A stretch of DNA of 64,000 nucleotides from Spirochaetia bacterium (GCA_965226055.1 CBDDCA010000006.1:258251-322250), one strand, 5' to 3'; positions 42,033 to 52,016 are shown, numbered from the stretch's first letter. Made by a program: numbers and translations. The notes: a model not told the origin generated them from the letters alone.

Positions 42033-42087
42033 ATATATTTGCTATTATACATTACTTTCACTTTCATATGTCTCTCTCCATTTATTA

Positions 42088-43044
42088 TCATATTGGTATC
42101 TTAATCCATGCTTGAGGCACATCTGTATCATTGATACTGTATCCTTCTTTTTCTTTAGAACTAATATACGGTAAAATTACTATCTTATCTTTATTTGTAT
42201 TAAGCCATGCTCCCCACCAACTAAATGTACTACTTGCAATTATTTGATGCTTACATTTACTTAGCAAATATAAATCTTCATGTCCTTTTGAAAGTGAATT
42301 TCCGTCCATAATAGTAAAGGATATATGAGAGAAACGATGAGCTTGCCTTTTAACCCATGCAGGATCATCACTAAAGAAAAAATAATGTGGATGCTGTAAT
42401 TTTTTCTGCATAATATGTATTGCAGCAAGATAATAATCTATACCTACCAAATTGCCTATAGTAACAACATCTGTCCTACGAATATGAACTCCCACTGATT
42501 GCTTTTTACTCAATATGATGTTTTCGTATTTTAAAGAATAGCTGCCAAGTGGATTACGAAGGGTACATTGCTGAAGAATATCACTTCGATACTCTTCAAA
42601 AAATGTATGACATTGAAACCAACCATCAAGGTACACATTATTCCCCAGACGAAATAAAGATTGTACATACTCATCTGGATACCCATATTTAACATGATGA
42701 TTATTAAACGTTTTCAAACAATATATCTTTGTAAGATACCGTTTAAGAAATAATGCTACTTTCATAGGAACATTCATTTTCCTTATAAGAGATAATAAAG
42801 CATGCACTCTCCTATAATATTTGTAAGAAGGTATTAGTAAGCAACCATATTGAGCAATAATATTATATTCATCAAGAAAAAGAATACGAGCTTTTATACT
42901 GTTACCAGCAGAATCTTTCACAAAATAATCATAATCTAAAAAATCAAGAACAACATAGGTATTATTTTTTCTTGCTAAGGCATAGGCTGTAGCGTATTGA
43001 AATAACTGATTACCAAGTCTCCCTTGTACTTTAACAGCTATCAT
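42088..43044 (-). CDS. Glycosyltransferase family 11 (alpha-1,2-fucosyltransferase-like)
   Basis: The N-terminal MIAVKVQGRLGNQLFQYATAYALA is the GT11 signature. Its start overlaps the 3' end of the upstream gene (43031-43044). Confidence 0.8.
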   Translation of the reverse strand: MIAVKVQGRLGNQLFQYATAYALARKNNTYVVLDFLDYDYFVKDSAGNSIKARILFLDEYNIIAQYGCLLIPSYKYYRRVHALLSLIRKMNVPMKVALFLKRYLTKIYCLKTFNNHHVKYGYPDEYVQSLFRLGNNVYLDGWFQCHTFFEEYRSDILQQCTLRNPLGSYSLKYENIILSKKQSVGVHIRRTDVVTIGNLVGIDYYLAAIHIMQKKLQHPHYFFFSDDPAWVKRQAHRFSHISFTIMDGNSLSKGHEDLYLLSKCKHQIIASSTFSWWGAWLNTNKDKIVILPYISSKEKEGYSINDTDVPQAWIKIPI

Positions 43045-43990
43045 ATCTTATACCATATTTATCCCTTCCATTGAGGACGTACCCCCCCCCCCCCAATTTC
43101 CACAGCATGCCTTTTACAATATTCTTAAAAGATTGATATAACGAAGGTTTCATTTTTTTCTGTAATAATTTCTCTGGTAAAAAATATTGATGAAAATAAA
43201 ACCATACATCAAAAGGATGAGGAGGATCAATCATATGAAAATATTCGGGATATCCAATGGCAAGACGAGCATATATATTTTGTTCTACTCCAATAAATGT
43301 ACCATGAGAAGACATGTTATCCTTCAATGTATAGTAAAGATTATGTATTTTTAAGAGAATAGAGCTATGAATAAGAAATAAGCCTCCAACATGTTCTCTT
43401 GTTCGCAAGGTCAATGTAGCTATATTTTCTTTCTCCTTCGCATATTGTTGAACATCAAACCTTTGTTCTGTTTTTGTCATTACTACTTTATGGGGAGACA
43501 TAGTAGTTACTTTTTCTACATCAGGCCACTGTCTAATTTCTCTTGGTTTCAAATCGTAATCATACCTACGCTTTCTTCCTCTAAACGCTCCAATATCCAT
43601 CCACATAAACCACTGCGACCGAAACACATTTAACTCATACGCTTCTTTTACAAAATGTAATTTTTCGTTCCATATAATATACAGCTCAGGATCATGTATA
43701 TCTTTTTCTTTATTTTTTGCATGATGTTCTTGATACAATGCATAATGAGCATACTCATGAAGCTGATGAAATTCTTTTATAATAACAACAGTATTTTCTT
43801 GATACTTTTTCCTTAATCGTAAAAAATAGGGAGCATGCTCTTTATCAGTAAATATAACGAGCGGGAGTTTCATATTACAGAGAAAATTTTTTATCCACTG
43901 TTTATACATATCATCACTATGTTTTGATTTCTTAAGACGATAATATGCAGTCACTATTGTGAGACTATTCTTAACAATACTTTCCTCCAA
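43031..43990 (-). CDS. Putative polysaccharide/LPS biosynthesis protein (HtrL/YibB-like, tentative), tandem copy 1, with a G13 tract near its 3' end
   Basis: Reads IVTAYYRLKKSKH...WFMWMDIGAFRG. The poly-G at 43082-43094 (coding strand) encodes GGGG and sets the frame of the 16-aa tail. Confidence 0.55.
   Translation of the reverse strand: MEESIVKNSLTIVTAYYRLKKSKHSDDMYKQWIKNFLCNMKLPLVIFTDKEHAPYFLRLRKKYQENTVVIIKEFHQLHEYAHYALYQEHHAKNKEKDIHDPELYIIWNEKLHFVKEAYELNVFRSQWFMWMDIGAFRGRKRRYDYDLKPREIRQWPDVEKVTTMSPHKVVMTKTEQRFDVQQYAKEKENIATLTLRTREHVGGLFLIHSSILLKIHNLYYTLKDNMSSHGTFIGVEQNIYARLAIGYPEYFHMIDPPHPFDVWFYFHQYFLPEKLLQKKMKPSLYQSFKNIVKGMLWKLGGGGYVLNGRDKYGIRYDSC
43082..43094 (-). repeat. Homopolymeric G13 (C13 on the + strand) inside the CDS
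   Basis: Counted directly. Its paralogous position in copy 2 holds 14 residues. Confidence 0.9.
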
Positions 43991-44039
43991 ACACTAGTAC
44001 AAGTATATCATACTAGTACTATTTTTATTTAAGTCAACA

Positions 44040-44078
44040 ATAACGATCACGAGTTCAAGGAGTAACTGCGACAAAGGA
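44040..44078 (+). repeat. Solo IS30-type left-IR copy at the junction of the tandem gene duplication
   Basis: Reads cacgagttcaaggagtaactgcgacaaaggagcaaaaaac. Confidence 0.5.
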
Positions 44079-44114
44079 GCAAAAAACATACTGTTACCTA
44101 ATTTATGTGATCTA

Positions 44115-45119
44115 TCAAAAATAAGACAAGATGCCATTAGTATACAACAAAAATTCTATTTTATAAGCAAACTCTCTTTCCTTCCTTATTATTATTCCAT
44201 TGGGGTGTACCCCCCCCCCCCCCAATTTCCACAGCATGCCTTTTACAATATTCTTAAAAGATTGATACAACGAAGGCTTTATTTTTTTCTGTAATAATTT
44301 CTCTGGTAAAAAATATTGATGAAAATAAAACCATACATCAAAAGCATGAGAAGGATCAATCATATGAAAATATTCAGGATATCCAATGGCAAGACGAGCA
44401 TATATATTTTGGTCTACTCCAATAAATGTACCATGAGAAAACATATTATCCTTCAATGTATAATAAAGATTATGTATTTTTAAGAGAATAGAGCTATGAA
44501 TAAGAAATAAGCCTCCAACATGTTCTCTTGTTCGCAAGGTCAATGTAGCTATATTTTCTTTCTCTTTCGCATATTGTTGAACATCAAACTCTTCCTCTGT
44601 TTTTATCATTACTGCTTTATGGGGAGACATAGTAGTTACTTTTTCTACATCAGGCCACTGTCTAATTTCTCTTGGTTTCAAATCGTAATCATACCTACGC
44701 TTTCTTCCTCTAAACGCTCCAATATCCATCCACATAAACCACTGCGACCGAAACACATTTAACTCATACGCTTCTTTTACAAAATGTAATTTTTCGTTCC
44801 ATATAATATACAGCTCAGGATCATGTATATCTTTTTGTATATCTTTTGCATGATGTTCTTGATACAATGCATAATGAGCATACTCATGAAGCTGATGAAA
44901 TTCTTTTATAATAACAACAGTATTTTCTTGATACTTTTTCCTTAATCGTAAAAAATAGGGAGCATGCTCTTTATCAGTAAATATAACGAGCGGGAGTTTC
45001 ATATTACAGAGAAAATTTTTTATCCACTGTTTATACATATCATCACTATGTTTTGATTTCTTAAGACGATAATATGCAGTCACTATTGTGAGACTATTCT
45101 TAGCAATACTTTCCTCCAA
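44115..45119 (-). CDS. Putative polysaccharide/LPS biosynthesis protein (HtrL/YibB-like, tentative), tandem copy 2, with a G14 tract
   Basis: More than 95% identical to copy 1 up to the poly-G. The 14-G tract gives a different 31-aa C-terminal tail. Confidence 0.55.
   Translation of the reverse strand: MEESIAKNSLTIVTAYYRLKKSKHSDDMYKQWIKNFLCNMKLPLVIFTDKEHAPYFLRLRKKYQENTVVIIKEFHQLHEYAHYALYQEHHAKDIQKDIHDPELYIIWNEKLHFVKEAYELNVFRSQWFMWMDIGAFRGRKRRYDYDLKPREIRQWPDVEKVTTMSPHKAVMIKTEEEFDVQQYAKEKENIATLTLRTREHVGGLFLIHSSILLKIHNLYYTLKDNMFSHGTFIGVDQNIYARLAIGYPEYFHMIDPSHAFDVWFYFHQYFLPEKLLQKKIKPSLYQSFKNIVKGMLWKLGGGGVHPNGIIIRKEREFAYKIEFLLYTNGILSYF
44210..44223 (-). repeat. Homopolymeric G14 (C14 on the + strand) inside the CDS
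   Basis: Counted directly. Confidence 0.9.
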
Positions 45120-45224
45120 ACACTAGTACAAGTATATCATACTAGTACTATTTTTATTTAAGTCAACAATAACGATACTATACCAATAGCCCAAAATTAT
45201 AAGGGCTATTGATATATGCAAGTA

Positions 45225-46250
45225 TTACTCTTCCACTAATACAGGAGGTGGTGTTTGTTCTGAGTCTTGAAACATAGCTTCTTCATTTTCTTCAGGTTCT
45301 TGAGCAAAAAAGTGATCATCATCAACAAGGAAACGATCTTCTACTGTCGAGTTATTAAGAATAAATGCAACAGTATCGCGTCCTCCTTTTGTTTTTGCAT
45401 AATAGGTATCAGCAAAAAAGTATATATCTAATTCAAGAGCATCTCCTGATTTTTGAGTTACTTTTATACTGATACTTTTTGTTTCTTCTTGCAATGCTAC
45501 AGATGTAAGATCTTTCGCTTCTAAGAAAAACATATCTGTGAGATACTTTTCTGCAAGCACAGCATCAATCTTTTTATCAGAACCTACTAAACTCCATCCC
45601 TCATCGTTTCTTTCTAGTAGCATAGTACTTGACAACACTTTTGTCTTATCATCATATCGTTGTATTTGATACTGAGATACATTTTCTACAGCATTATTAC
45701 TAGGAAACAAACGAAGGTCTGCCCAATCCAGATAATCATACTGTAGGTAAGACACCATAGTATCATCTATTTGATATACAGAGGGACTATCATCAATTTG
45801 AGCAAAACTATTTGCTCCTGAAGCATCGCTCACTCGCAATGAAATCAGCTGGGATCCATCCTCTGCTGAAAGAACTAAGGAATACGCAGTATCGCCTAAC
45901 TGATACTGTGATACATCTTTTGGATCTTTCGATACGAGCCTTCCTTTTTTTACCTTTGCTACTGTATTGAGGAACGATTGCACTATATCTTGATTTACAG
46001 GATAATTTTTTACATCCACATCCTCTTCTTCTCTTGTGAGCGTCCATATATTGTTCAATTTTTTGAGAACAAATTTTTCGCTCGTACCAATTCCTTCTAC
46101 ATTAGCTATATCAACAGTACCAATAAGTGGCTGTGATACTTTTTTTCTCTGCTGTGATTGAGGCTTTGTTACTGTAGCTATGGTATACACTAGCACTAAT
46201 ATCACAAATATCACAGTGAGTATTACAATATTTTTTGTATTTTTAGTCAC
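45225..46250 (-). CDS. DUF4340-like membrane-anchored protein (last gene of the ABC-2/GldG cluster)
   Basis: N-terminal TM anchor. Follows the canonical ABC ATPase, ABC-2 permease and GldG-like genes. Confidence 0.6.
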   Translation of the reverse strand: MTKNTKNIVILTVIFVILVLVYTIATVTKPQSQQRKKVSQPLIGTVDIANVEGIGTSEKFVLKKLNNIWTLTREEEDVDVKNYPVNQDIVQSFLNTVAKVKKGRLVSKDPKDVSQYQLGDTAYSLVLSAEDGSQLISLRVSDASGANSFAQIDDSPSVYQIDDTMVSYLQYDYLDWADLRLFPSNNAVENVSQYQIQRYDDKTKVLSSTMLLERNDEGWSLVGSDKKIDAVLAEKYLTDMFFLEAKDLTSVALQEETKSISIKVTQKSGDALELDIYFFADTYYAKTKGGRDTVAFILNNSTVEDRFLVDDDHFFAQEPEENEEAMFQDSEQTPPPVLVEE

Positions 46251-46267
46251 AATTATTCTCCTTTATT

Positions 46268-48013
46268 TTAATATCGTCTCCGAGAAAGATTTCTTCTCAT
46301 AAAAAGTACTACTGCCCCAACAATAACTATAAGTAAAGGGACAAAAAAGTTATTGATCAACTGAACAACAAACATATACCCTTCTTTTTTTGCTTCGTCT
46401 TGAATCTTATTTAACTGAAGATTACGTACATTCTTTGACTTTATCTGTAATAACTCTACATCAGCACTTAACCATTCTGTTGAGTTAGATACAAAAGAAA
46501 TATTATACTGTGCATTAGAAAATTGATAGAGAGGACTTATAAAATAATGACTTCCCGCAGCAAGAAACCTTGCCTGTTCGGTACTTGATATATACTCTTC
46601 TATACTCTCCTCTGGGGTACTTATAATCCCTGCTTCTACTGCACTTGATAATGGGCCATTAAATACAGAGATAAGATTATATTGTTTTGTATTCTCTTCA
46701 TTTTTAGAAGTAAAAAATCCAGTGTTATCAGGAACTACATTAAAGCCGTTTCCTTGTGCATTAGGCCCTACTGTCCATCCATCTTCTGTAGTTTTCACTA
46801 TATTTGTTACATAGTCTGCAACATCATCGCGAACAACTATTGGGCTTGTCCAATACATATCCAAGCCTGCAAAACGGTTTGTAATAGGATGATCTAAGGC
46901 AACATTTTGCTGAGCAATGGTAGGCCACATTGGATAACTTTGAAAAATACTTACTCCTGCACCACCACTTAAAGGAATCTGCTTATTAAGAGAATCAAGT
47001 GCTATTTCATCTTTTATAGTAAGCCCATAACTCTCTATCATTTTATTAAGGACTGTGTCATTGGCTGTTGCAAATAAGCCTCTTTGTAAATCAACATTCG
47101 CTCTATCAACTGCAAAAAACACTCCTTTTCCTTGCATAACAAATTGGTCTATACGATATGCTAACTCATTGGACACATCCTGATTTCCTAAAATATACAA
47201 CACATCCACATCATCAGGAAACGGAGCATCATCTTTTTCTATTATTTTGACTTCAAAATCTTGCTCAAGTATTTGTTGTATCACTTGCCTATTCTGTTGA
47301 TCATCATAGTATGTATCAAGAAACAACACTCCAACAACACGTGCATCATCATTATATGTTTCTACTATTTTTGATACTACTTGATACTCAATAATGGATG
47401 GTTCTAATGTAAAAGGGATAACACTGTTTCGTTCTTGATAAGAAATAACAATGCCTGAATATACCACCGCAAAAGATGCCTCGTTCTTTTCAACAAACTG
47501 TATCTGTCTTGGTTCTAAGCCTTTTCCACGTAATTCTTCTTCGCTCAATGTTTCTGGATCAATCTCCTCTACAATAATACTCCCAGAACTCCGTGCTGCT
47601 ATTTCTTGTAATGTATCAAGAATTTGCTGTGTTCCTTGTGCTTGCAGTTTTAATTTAGGACTAATATAATAATCTATGTATACAATATCCTCAAGGTCTC
47701 TTAGTATATCAATGGTCACCTGAGAGATTGAATATACTTTATTTTCTGTAGTATCAATACGAAAGGGAAATACCAACGAGTTTATTAGCACTAACACGAT
47801 TACTGCAAAGAATACAATAGAAACAAACTGTTCCTTTGCTTTTTTCTGCCATATCCCCCCTCCCTTAGCTCCTTTCTTTACTTTCTTCTGAGATACAGTA
47901 GAACTTTCTCCTTGAGATGCTGTATCTTTCTGAGTATCATCCTGTTGTGCTGGCACAGATGATACATTTTTTATATCTTCATTTCTTTCATCATTACTCA
48001 TGTCTACCTCCAT
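46268..48013 (-). CDS. GldG-like ABC-transporter auxiliary protein (ABC_transp_aux family)
   Basis: 581 aa with N- and C-terminal TM segments and a large extracytoplasmic domain. Placed in the operon as in the gldA/gldF/gldG arrangement. Confidence 0.7.
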   Translation of the reverse strand: MEVDMSNDERNEDIKNVSSVPAQQDDTQKDTASQGESSTVSQKKVKKGAKGGGIWQKKAKEQFVSIVFFAVIVLVLINSLVFPFRIDTTENKVYSISQVTIDILRDLEDIVYIDYYISPKLKLQAQGTQQILDTLQEIAARSSGSIIVEEIDPETLSEEELRGKGLEPRQIQFVEKNEASFAVVYSGIVISYQERNSVIPFTLEPSIIEYQVVSKIVETYNDDARVVGVLFLDTYYDDQQNRQVIQQILEQDFEVKIIEKDDAPFPDDVDVLYILGNQDVSNELAYRIDQFVMQGKGVFFAVDRANVDLQRGLFATANDTVLNKMIESYGLTIKDEIALDSLNKQIPLSGGAGVSIFQSYPMWPTIAQQNVALDHPITNRFAGLDMYWTSPIVVRDDVADYVTNIVKTTEDGWTVGPNAQGNGFNVVPDNTGFFTSKNEENTKQYNLISVFNGPLSSAVEAGIISTPEESIEEYISSTEQARFLAAGSHYFISPLYQFSNAQYNISFVSNSTEWLSADVELLQIKSKNVRNLQLNKIQDEAKKEGYMFVVQLINNFFVPLLIVIVGAVVLFMRRNLSRRRY

Positions 48014-48765
48014 TTTCTGTTAATAAGTACTTGTCTATTTAAAAATAAGAATAGAGCCGATACTGCAAGATAATATATAACATCTCTCGTATCAATAAGC
48101 CCTTTTACAAAACTGTCAAGATGTGTGGGCAAAGCAATATAGTCTATAAGCTGTGCTAAAAAACGTGGCAAGGCAGGCAAATTTGGAAGATATGCTATAA
48201 GGGTAAGCAAAAAAAGCACAAGTGCAGTTAAAAGGAAATTAGATATTTGATTTTTCGAAAGCGATGAGAGAAAACACCCAAGACTCACTTCGGTAGTAGT
48301 AAGCAGTATAATACCCAGATAGTTTGCAAAAAGTACGCCTAGCTCAAAATCACCAAACGGCAACAACGATAGCGTAAGAATAGTATTTATTACAATCATC
48401 ACAAGAAACAAGCTCAATGCCCCTAAAAACTTTCCTAACACTAACTGCCATTCAGTAAAAGGAAGGGTAAGTAGTAATTCATCTGAACCCGTTTTTTTCT
48501 CTTCTGACCATGTACGCATCGTTACCGCTGGTACTACTATAATAAAAAATATAGGAATAATACTAAAAATAGTGCGAAAATCTGCCCTATTTTGCACAAA
48601 AAATGCTTGAAATTGAAATGTCCATAAAGAGACAATCAATGTAAAAAAGAAAATAAGAATATATGCAATGGGAGAGCTAAAATATTGTTTTAACTCTTTT
48701 TTTACTAATATAAATGTCATGCTACTCTCCTGATTGTTTAGTAATTTTTTCAAAAATGGATTCAA
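48004..48765 (-). CDS. ABC-2 family transporter permease
   Basis: Six-TM, 253-aa protein overlapping the ATPase gene. Confidence 0.8.
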   Translation of the reverse strand: MNPFLKKLLNNQESSMTFILVKKELKQYFSSPIAYILIFFFTLIVSLWTFQFQAFFVQNRADFRTIFSIIPIFFIIVVPAVTMRTWSEEKKTGSDELLLTLPFTEWQLVLGKFLGALSLFLVMIVINTILTLSLLPFGDFELGVLFANYLGIILLTTTEVSLGCFLSSLSKNQISNFLLTALVLFLLTLIAYLPNLPALPRFLAQLIDYIALPTHLDSFVKGLIDTRDVIYYLAVSALFLFLNRQVLINRKWR

Positions 48766-49663
48766 GGCTGGTACTTTTTTGACTTAATTCCCGTAATCGG
48801 ATACGCTCTTTACTTGCCCAATCAAAAAATATCTCACCTTTCATATACTCAGATAAACCAGTGATAATAACCTTCGTGGAATCATCTTTTTCTTCAACAA
48901 TGTCTACTTTATTCACTCCCTCAACATTTCCTAGAGAAAGCACTGTTTCTTTAGGAACATTGCCTACCAACTCTAAGGAAAATATATCTTCTCCTTTTAG
49001 CTGATGAGATATTTCCTCACTTGTTCCTTCTGCTACAATTTTTCCTTCATTTACAATAAGCACACGCTTACATAACACTTCAACTTCTTGTAGTATGTGA
49101 GTAGAGAGAATAACTGTTTTTGTTTCTCCTAGTTCTTGAATAACTTTCCGTATTTCTTTAATCTGATTTGGGTCTAGTCCTGATGTAGGTTCATCTAAAA
49201 TAACTACTGCAGGATCATGGATAATAGCCTGTGCAAGCCCTACCCTTTGCCTCATTCCTTTTGAAAGACTGGAAATAGGTTTGTACACAAAATCACTAAT
49301 ACCACAACGCTGTATTCCCTTATCTATTGCAGCACCTAAGTCTACCGAACTAATGCCTCTCGCTCTTCCAATAAACTGCAAGTACTCATACACGAGAAGA
49401 TCTTCGTACAGTGGAGTAGTTTCGGGCAAATATCCGACTTGCGATTTTGTAAAAACAGTGTCTTCCACCACACTTTTTCCTGCTATCTTTACTGTTCCAC
49501 TATGTGGATTATGATAGCCTGTTATCATTTTCATAATAGTAGTTTTTCCTGCCCCATTAGGACCAAGGAGACCCACTATTTCTCCTTCAGGTACAAAAAA
49601 ACTTACATCTCTTACTGCTGTAAATGTATCATACCTTTTTGTTACATTTTTTAATTCAATCAT
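48722..49663 (-). CDS. ABC transporter ATP-binding protein
   Basis: Walker A GPNGAGKTT, LSKGMRQRVGLA signature and Walker B ILDEPTSGLD. Confidence 0.9.
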   Translation of the reverse strand: MIELKNVTKRYDTFTAVRDVSFFVPEGEIVGLLGPNGAGKTTIMKMITGYHNPHSGTVKIAGKSVVEDTVFTKSQVGYLPETTPLYEDLLVYEYLQFIGRARGISSVDLGAAIDKGIQRCGISDFVYKPISSLSKGMRQRVGLAQAIIHDPAVVILDEPTSGLDPNQIKEIRKVIQELGETKTVILSTHILQEVEVLCKRVLIVNEGKIVAEGTSEEISHQLKGEDIFSLELVGNVPKETVLSLGNVEGVNKVDIVEEKDDSTKVIITGLSEYMKGEIFFDWASKERIRLRELSQKSTSLESIFEKITKQSGE

Positions 49664-49835
49664 ATGATAGAAATCCTCCTAGTCAATAGAGTTAATATTG
49701 TGTAATGATCAACTATTTATTTAAACTTTACTCCAGTATACAAATATACTAAACACTATGCAAGAGTTACGGGGAATAATTTTTGGGGAAATTAGAGGGT
49801 ACATTAGATAGTAGAACCATAAGTTTGTACTGTTT

Positions 49836-50699
49836 TTAATGAGAGATACTATTAACTTTTAAACTATCTTTGAAAAATAATATTTCTTTTCCATTCTTAG
49901 TTTTATTAGCAAAATGTTTTAGAATAAAAGGTTTTCTATTTTTTACCCAAGAAAAATTTTCATTTATTTCCTCTTTATCATCATAAGAAACAATCCAAGA
50001 AAATTTTTTAATATTTTTAATTTTTTCACTTAAGATTTTATGCTGATCTTGTTTATAAAAGTTTAAGTATAAATCTTTTCCTTTATTAAAATAGGGAGGA
50101 TCAAAATAAAATATTGTCTGCTTATTTTTTTCTTCTTTTTGAATTTTATCAATTAGTTCTAAAACATCTAGATTATGCAGAGTTATTTGTTCTTTATACC
50201 TTGCTATTAATTTGATTTTTTTTATTATTGTATCTTTATTGAATCTACAATTTAATTTATATTTTCCTTTTTGTTTTAAGCCTCCAATAGGACCTCCTTT
50301 TAAAATTCCTGAAAAATTTGCCCTATTTAAAAATAATGTAGAAAAGCCTACCTCTAATGATGAAAAATTTTGTATCTCTTTTTGTATTTCTTTTTGTTTT
50401 TTCCAATTTTCTATACTTATTTCTGTATCATGTATGAGTGTGCATAACTCATCAGTTTTATTCAAAACACAATACCAAAAAGAATAAATAGATTTGTCTA
50501 AATCATTTAAAGTTATTTTTTTAAATTTATTTTCTAATAAAAGATATAAACCAACTGAAGCTCCTCCACAAAAAGGCTCTACATAATGATCATTTATTTT
50601 ATTATCAGTGCAAATTTGAGAAATAAATTTTGAAAGCCTATTCTTTCCTCCTGGATATCTTAATGGTGAATAAAATTTATTTTTAATCATTTTTACCAT
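49836..50699 (-). CDS. Dam-family (D12 class, alpha) N6-adenine DNA methyltransferase
   Basis: LRYPGGK, EPFCGGASV and DPPYF motifs. Very AT-rich coding sequence. Overlaps the upstream gene by 17 bp. Confidence 0.8.
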   Translation of the reverse strand: MVKMIKNKFYSPLRYPGGKNRLSKFISQICTDNKINDHYVEPFCGGASVGLYLLLENKFKKITLNDLDKSIYSFWYCVLNKTDELCTLIHDTEISIENWKKQKEIQKEIQNFSSLEVGFSTLFLNRANFSGILKGGPIGGLKQKGKYKLNCRFNKDTIIKKIKLIARYKEQITLHNLDVLELIDKIQKEEKNKQTIFYFDPPYFNKGKDLYLNFYKQDQHKILSEKIKNIKKFSWIVSYDDKEEINENFSWVKNRKPFILKHFANKTKNGKEILFFKDSLKVNSISH

Positions 50700-51969
50700 A
50701 GTAATGCTTTAATATTTTCCCTACAATTTTAGAACACTGTAAAATATTTGTTTTATCATATTCAATATTTGCGTGAGCATATTTTGCTAATAACGATTCA
50801 AAATCAGAATTTTTTTTCAAAATGTCTGTGCCAATACTATTGAAATTTAATTCTTTTTGATCTAACATATCAGATGCTTTAATTTCTTTCATAAATTCTC
50901 CAAAAACAGCATCATCACTTGCTCGTTTATCTCCCTCATTTTCAAAATATTTTCTTCCAGCAGCCTCCATTATTAGTCTCAAAGACATACCTATAATAGG
51001 TAAGATATTTTTATCTCTTTTAAATGTTTCATAAATTTCATCTAGTATACTATACAAATCATTAACTTTTCCTTTTTTTAGTTCTAATTTTTCTCCAAAT
51101 AAAGTATCTACGATTGCTTTATCTCTAGGAGTTTTTCTTAGTTTTTTTTGTAAATTATTATCTTTTATCACATTCTTGCTACTCTGTTCTGTAAAATTTC
51201 TAATATTTAATTCTTTATCATCAATTAAAGGTTTTATTGATCCTCTATTTTTTCTTGTACTTATTTGTTTACTTTGAATCAATTGTATTAATTTTTCAAA
51301 AATTAATTGTAATTTTTCATCCTTTTCATATGAAGGATAAACACTCTCTAATTTATTATTTGAATCAAAATAAAAACCTAATTTGTAAAAATTATCTACA
51401 GTCAAAATTTCTGTTTTAATAAAATTTTGATCTAGTGCTTTATAATTCTCACTTATTAAATGTGTTGCTTCTTCAATTTTTAAAAATAAACTTTTTTCCT
51501 TTTTCAAATGATAATGATCAAAATAATCTTGTTGTAAAGCAGACCAAGTATTATTTCTTATATTATCTGCTTGTATAATTGTTAATGCTGTTTTCTCATT
51601 ACATAAAACACAAGAAATTTCTTTTAAGTTTACTAAATTTTTTGGTGGACTAGATGGAAATAATTTTTTTTCTATTACAACAGACCATTGTGGATTTTGT
51701 AAATATTTTAATACTACTATTCTTTTATTACCATCATAAACAATATGTTTTTTATTTTTAAAAACAACAATTGGTAATTTATTAAGATGATAGAAATCTC
51801 CCATTTCTTCAATTAGCTTTGGAATATTCCATTTATCTCTATCATCCTTTATGGCTTTTTTTATTATTTCTAAATCTCCAATATCTTCTCCAATTGGATC
51901 TCTTGGATTTTCAGTCCATAAATGTAATTCCGATATTTTTATCTCTTTGATTTTTTGATCATCACCCAT
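50683..51969 (-). CDS. ParB/Srx-superfamily (DGQHR/DUF262-like) nuclease-domain protein with an uncharacterised ~300-aa C-terminal region
   Basis: N-terminal ISELHLWTENPRDP (ParB NPR box) and VYDGNKRIVVL (a DG..R motif). AT-rich and translationally coupled to the methyltransferase. Confidence 0.55.
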   Translation of the reverse strand: MGDDQKIKEIKISELHLWTENPRDPIGEDIGDLEIIKKAIKDDRDKWNIPKLIEEMGDFYHLNKLPIVVFKNKKHIVYDGNKRIVVLKYLQNPQWSVVIEKKLFPSSPPKNLVNLKEISCVLCNEKTALTIIQADNIRNNTWSALQQDYFDHYHLKKEKSLFLKIEEATHLISENYKALDQNFIKTEILTVDNFYKLGFYFDSNNKLESVYPSYEKDEKLQLIFEKLIQLIQSKQISTRKNRGSIKPLIDDKELNIRNFTEQSSKNVIKDNNLQKKLRKTPRDKAIVDTLFGEKLELKKGKVNDLYSILDEIYETFKRDKNILPIIGMSLRLIMEAAGRKYFENEGDKRASDDAVFGEFMKEIKASDMLDQKELNFNSIGTDILKKNSDFESLLAKYAHANIEYDKTNILQCSKIVGKILKHYYGKND

Positions 51970-52016
51970 ATATTTAATTCCTCCACCTCTCTTGCTTAAT
52001 CTACTTAATAAGTATA

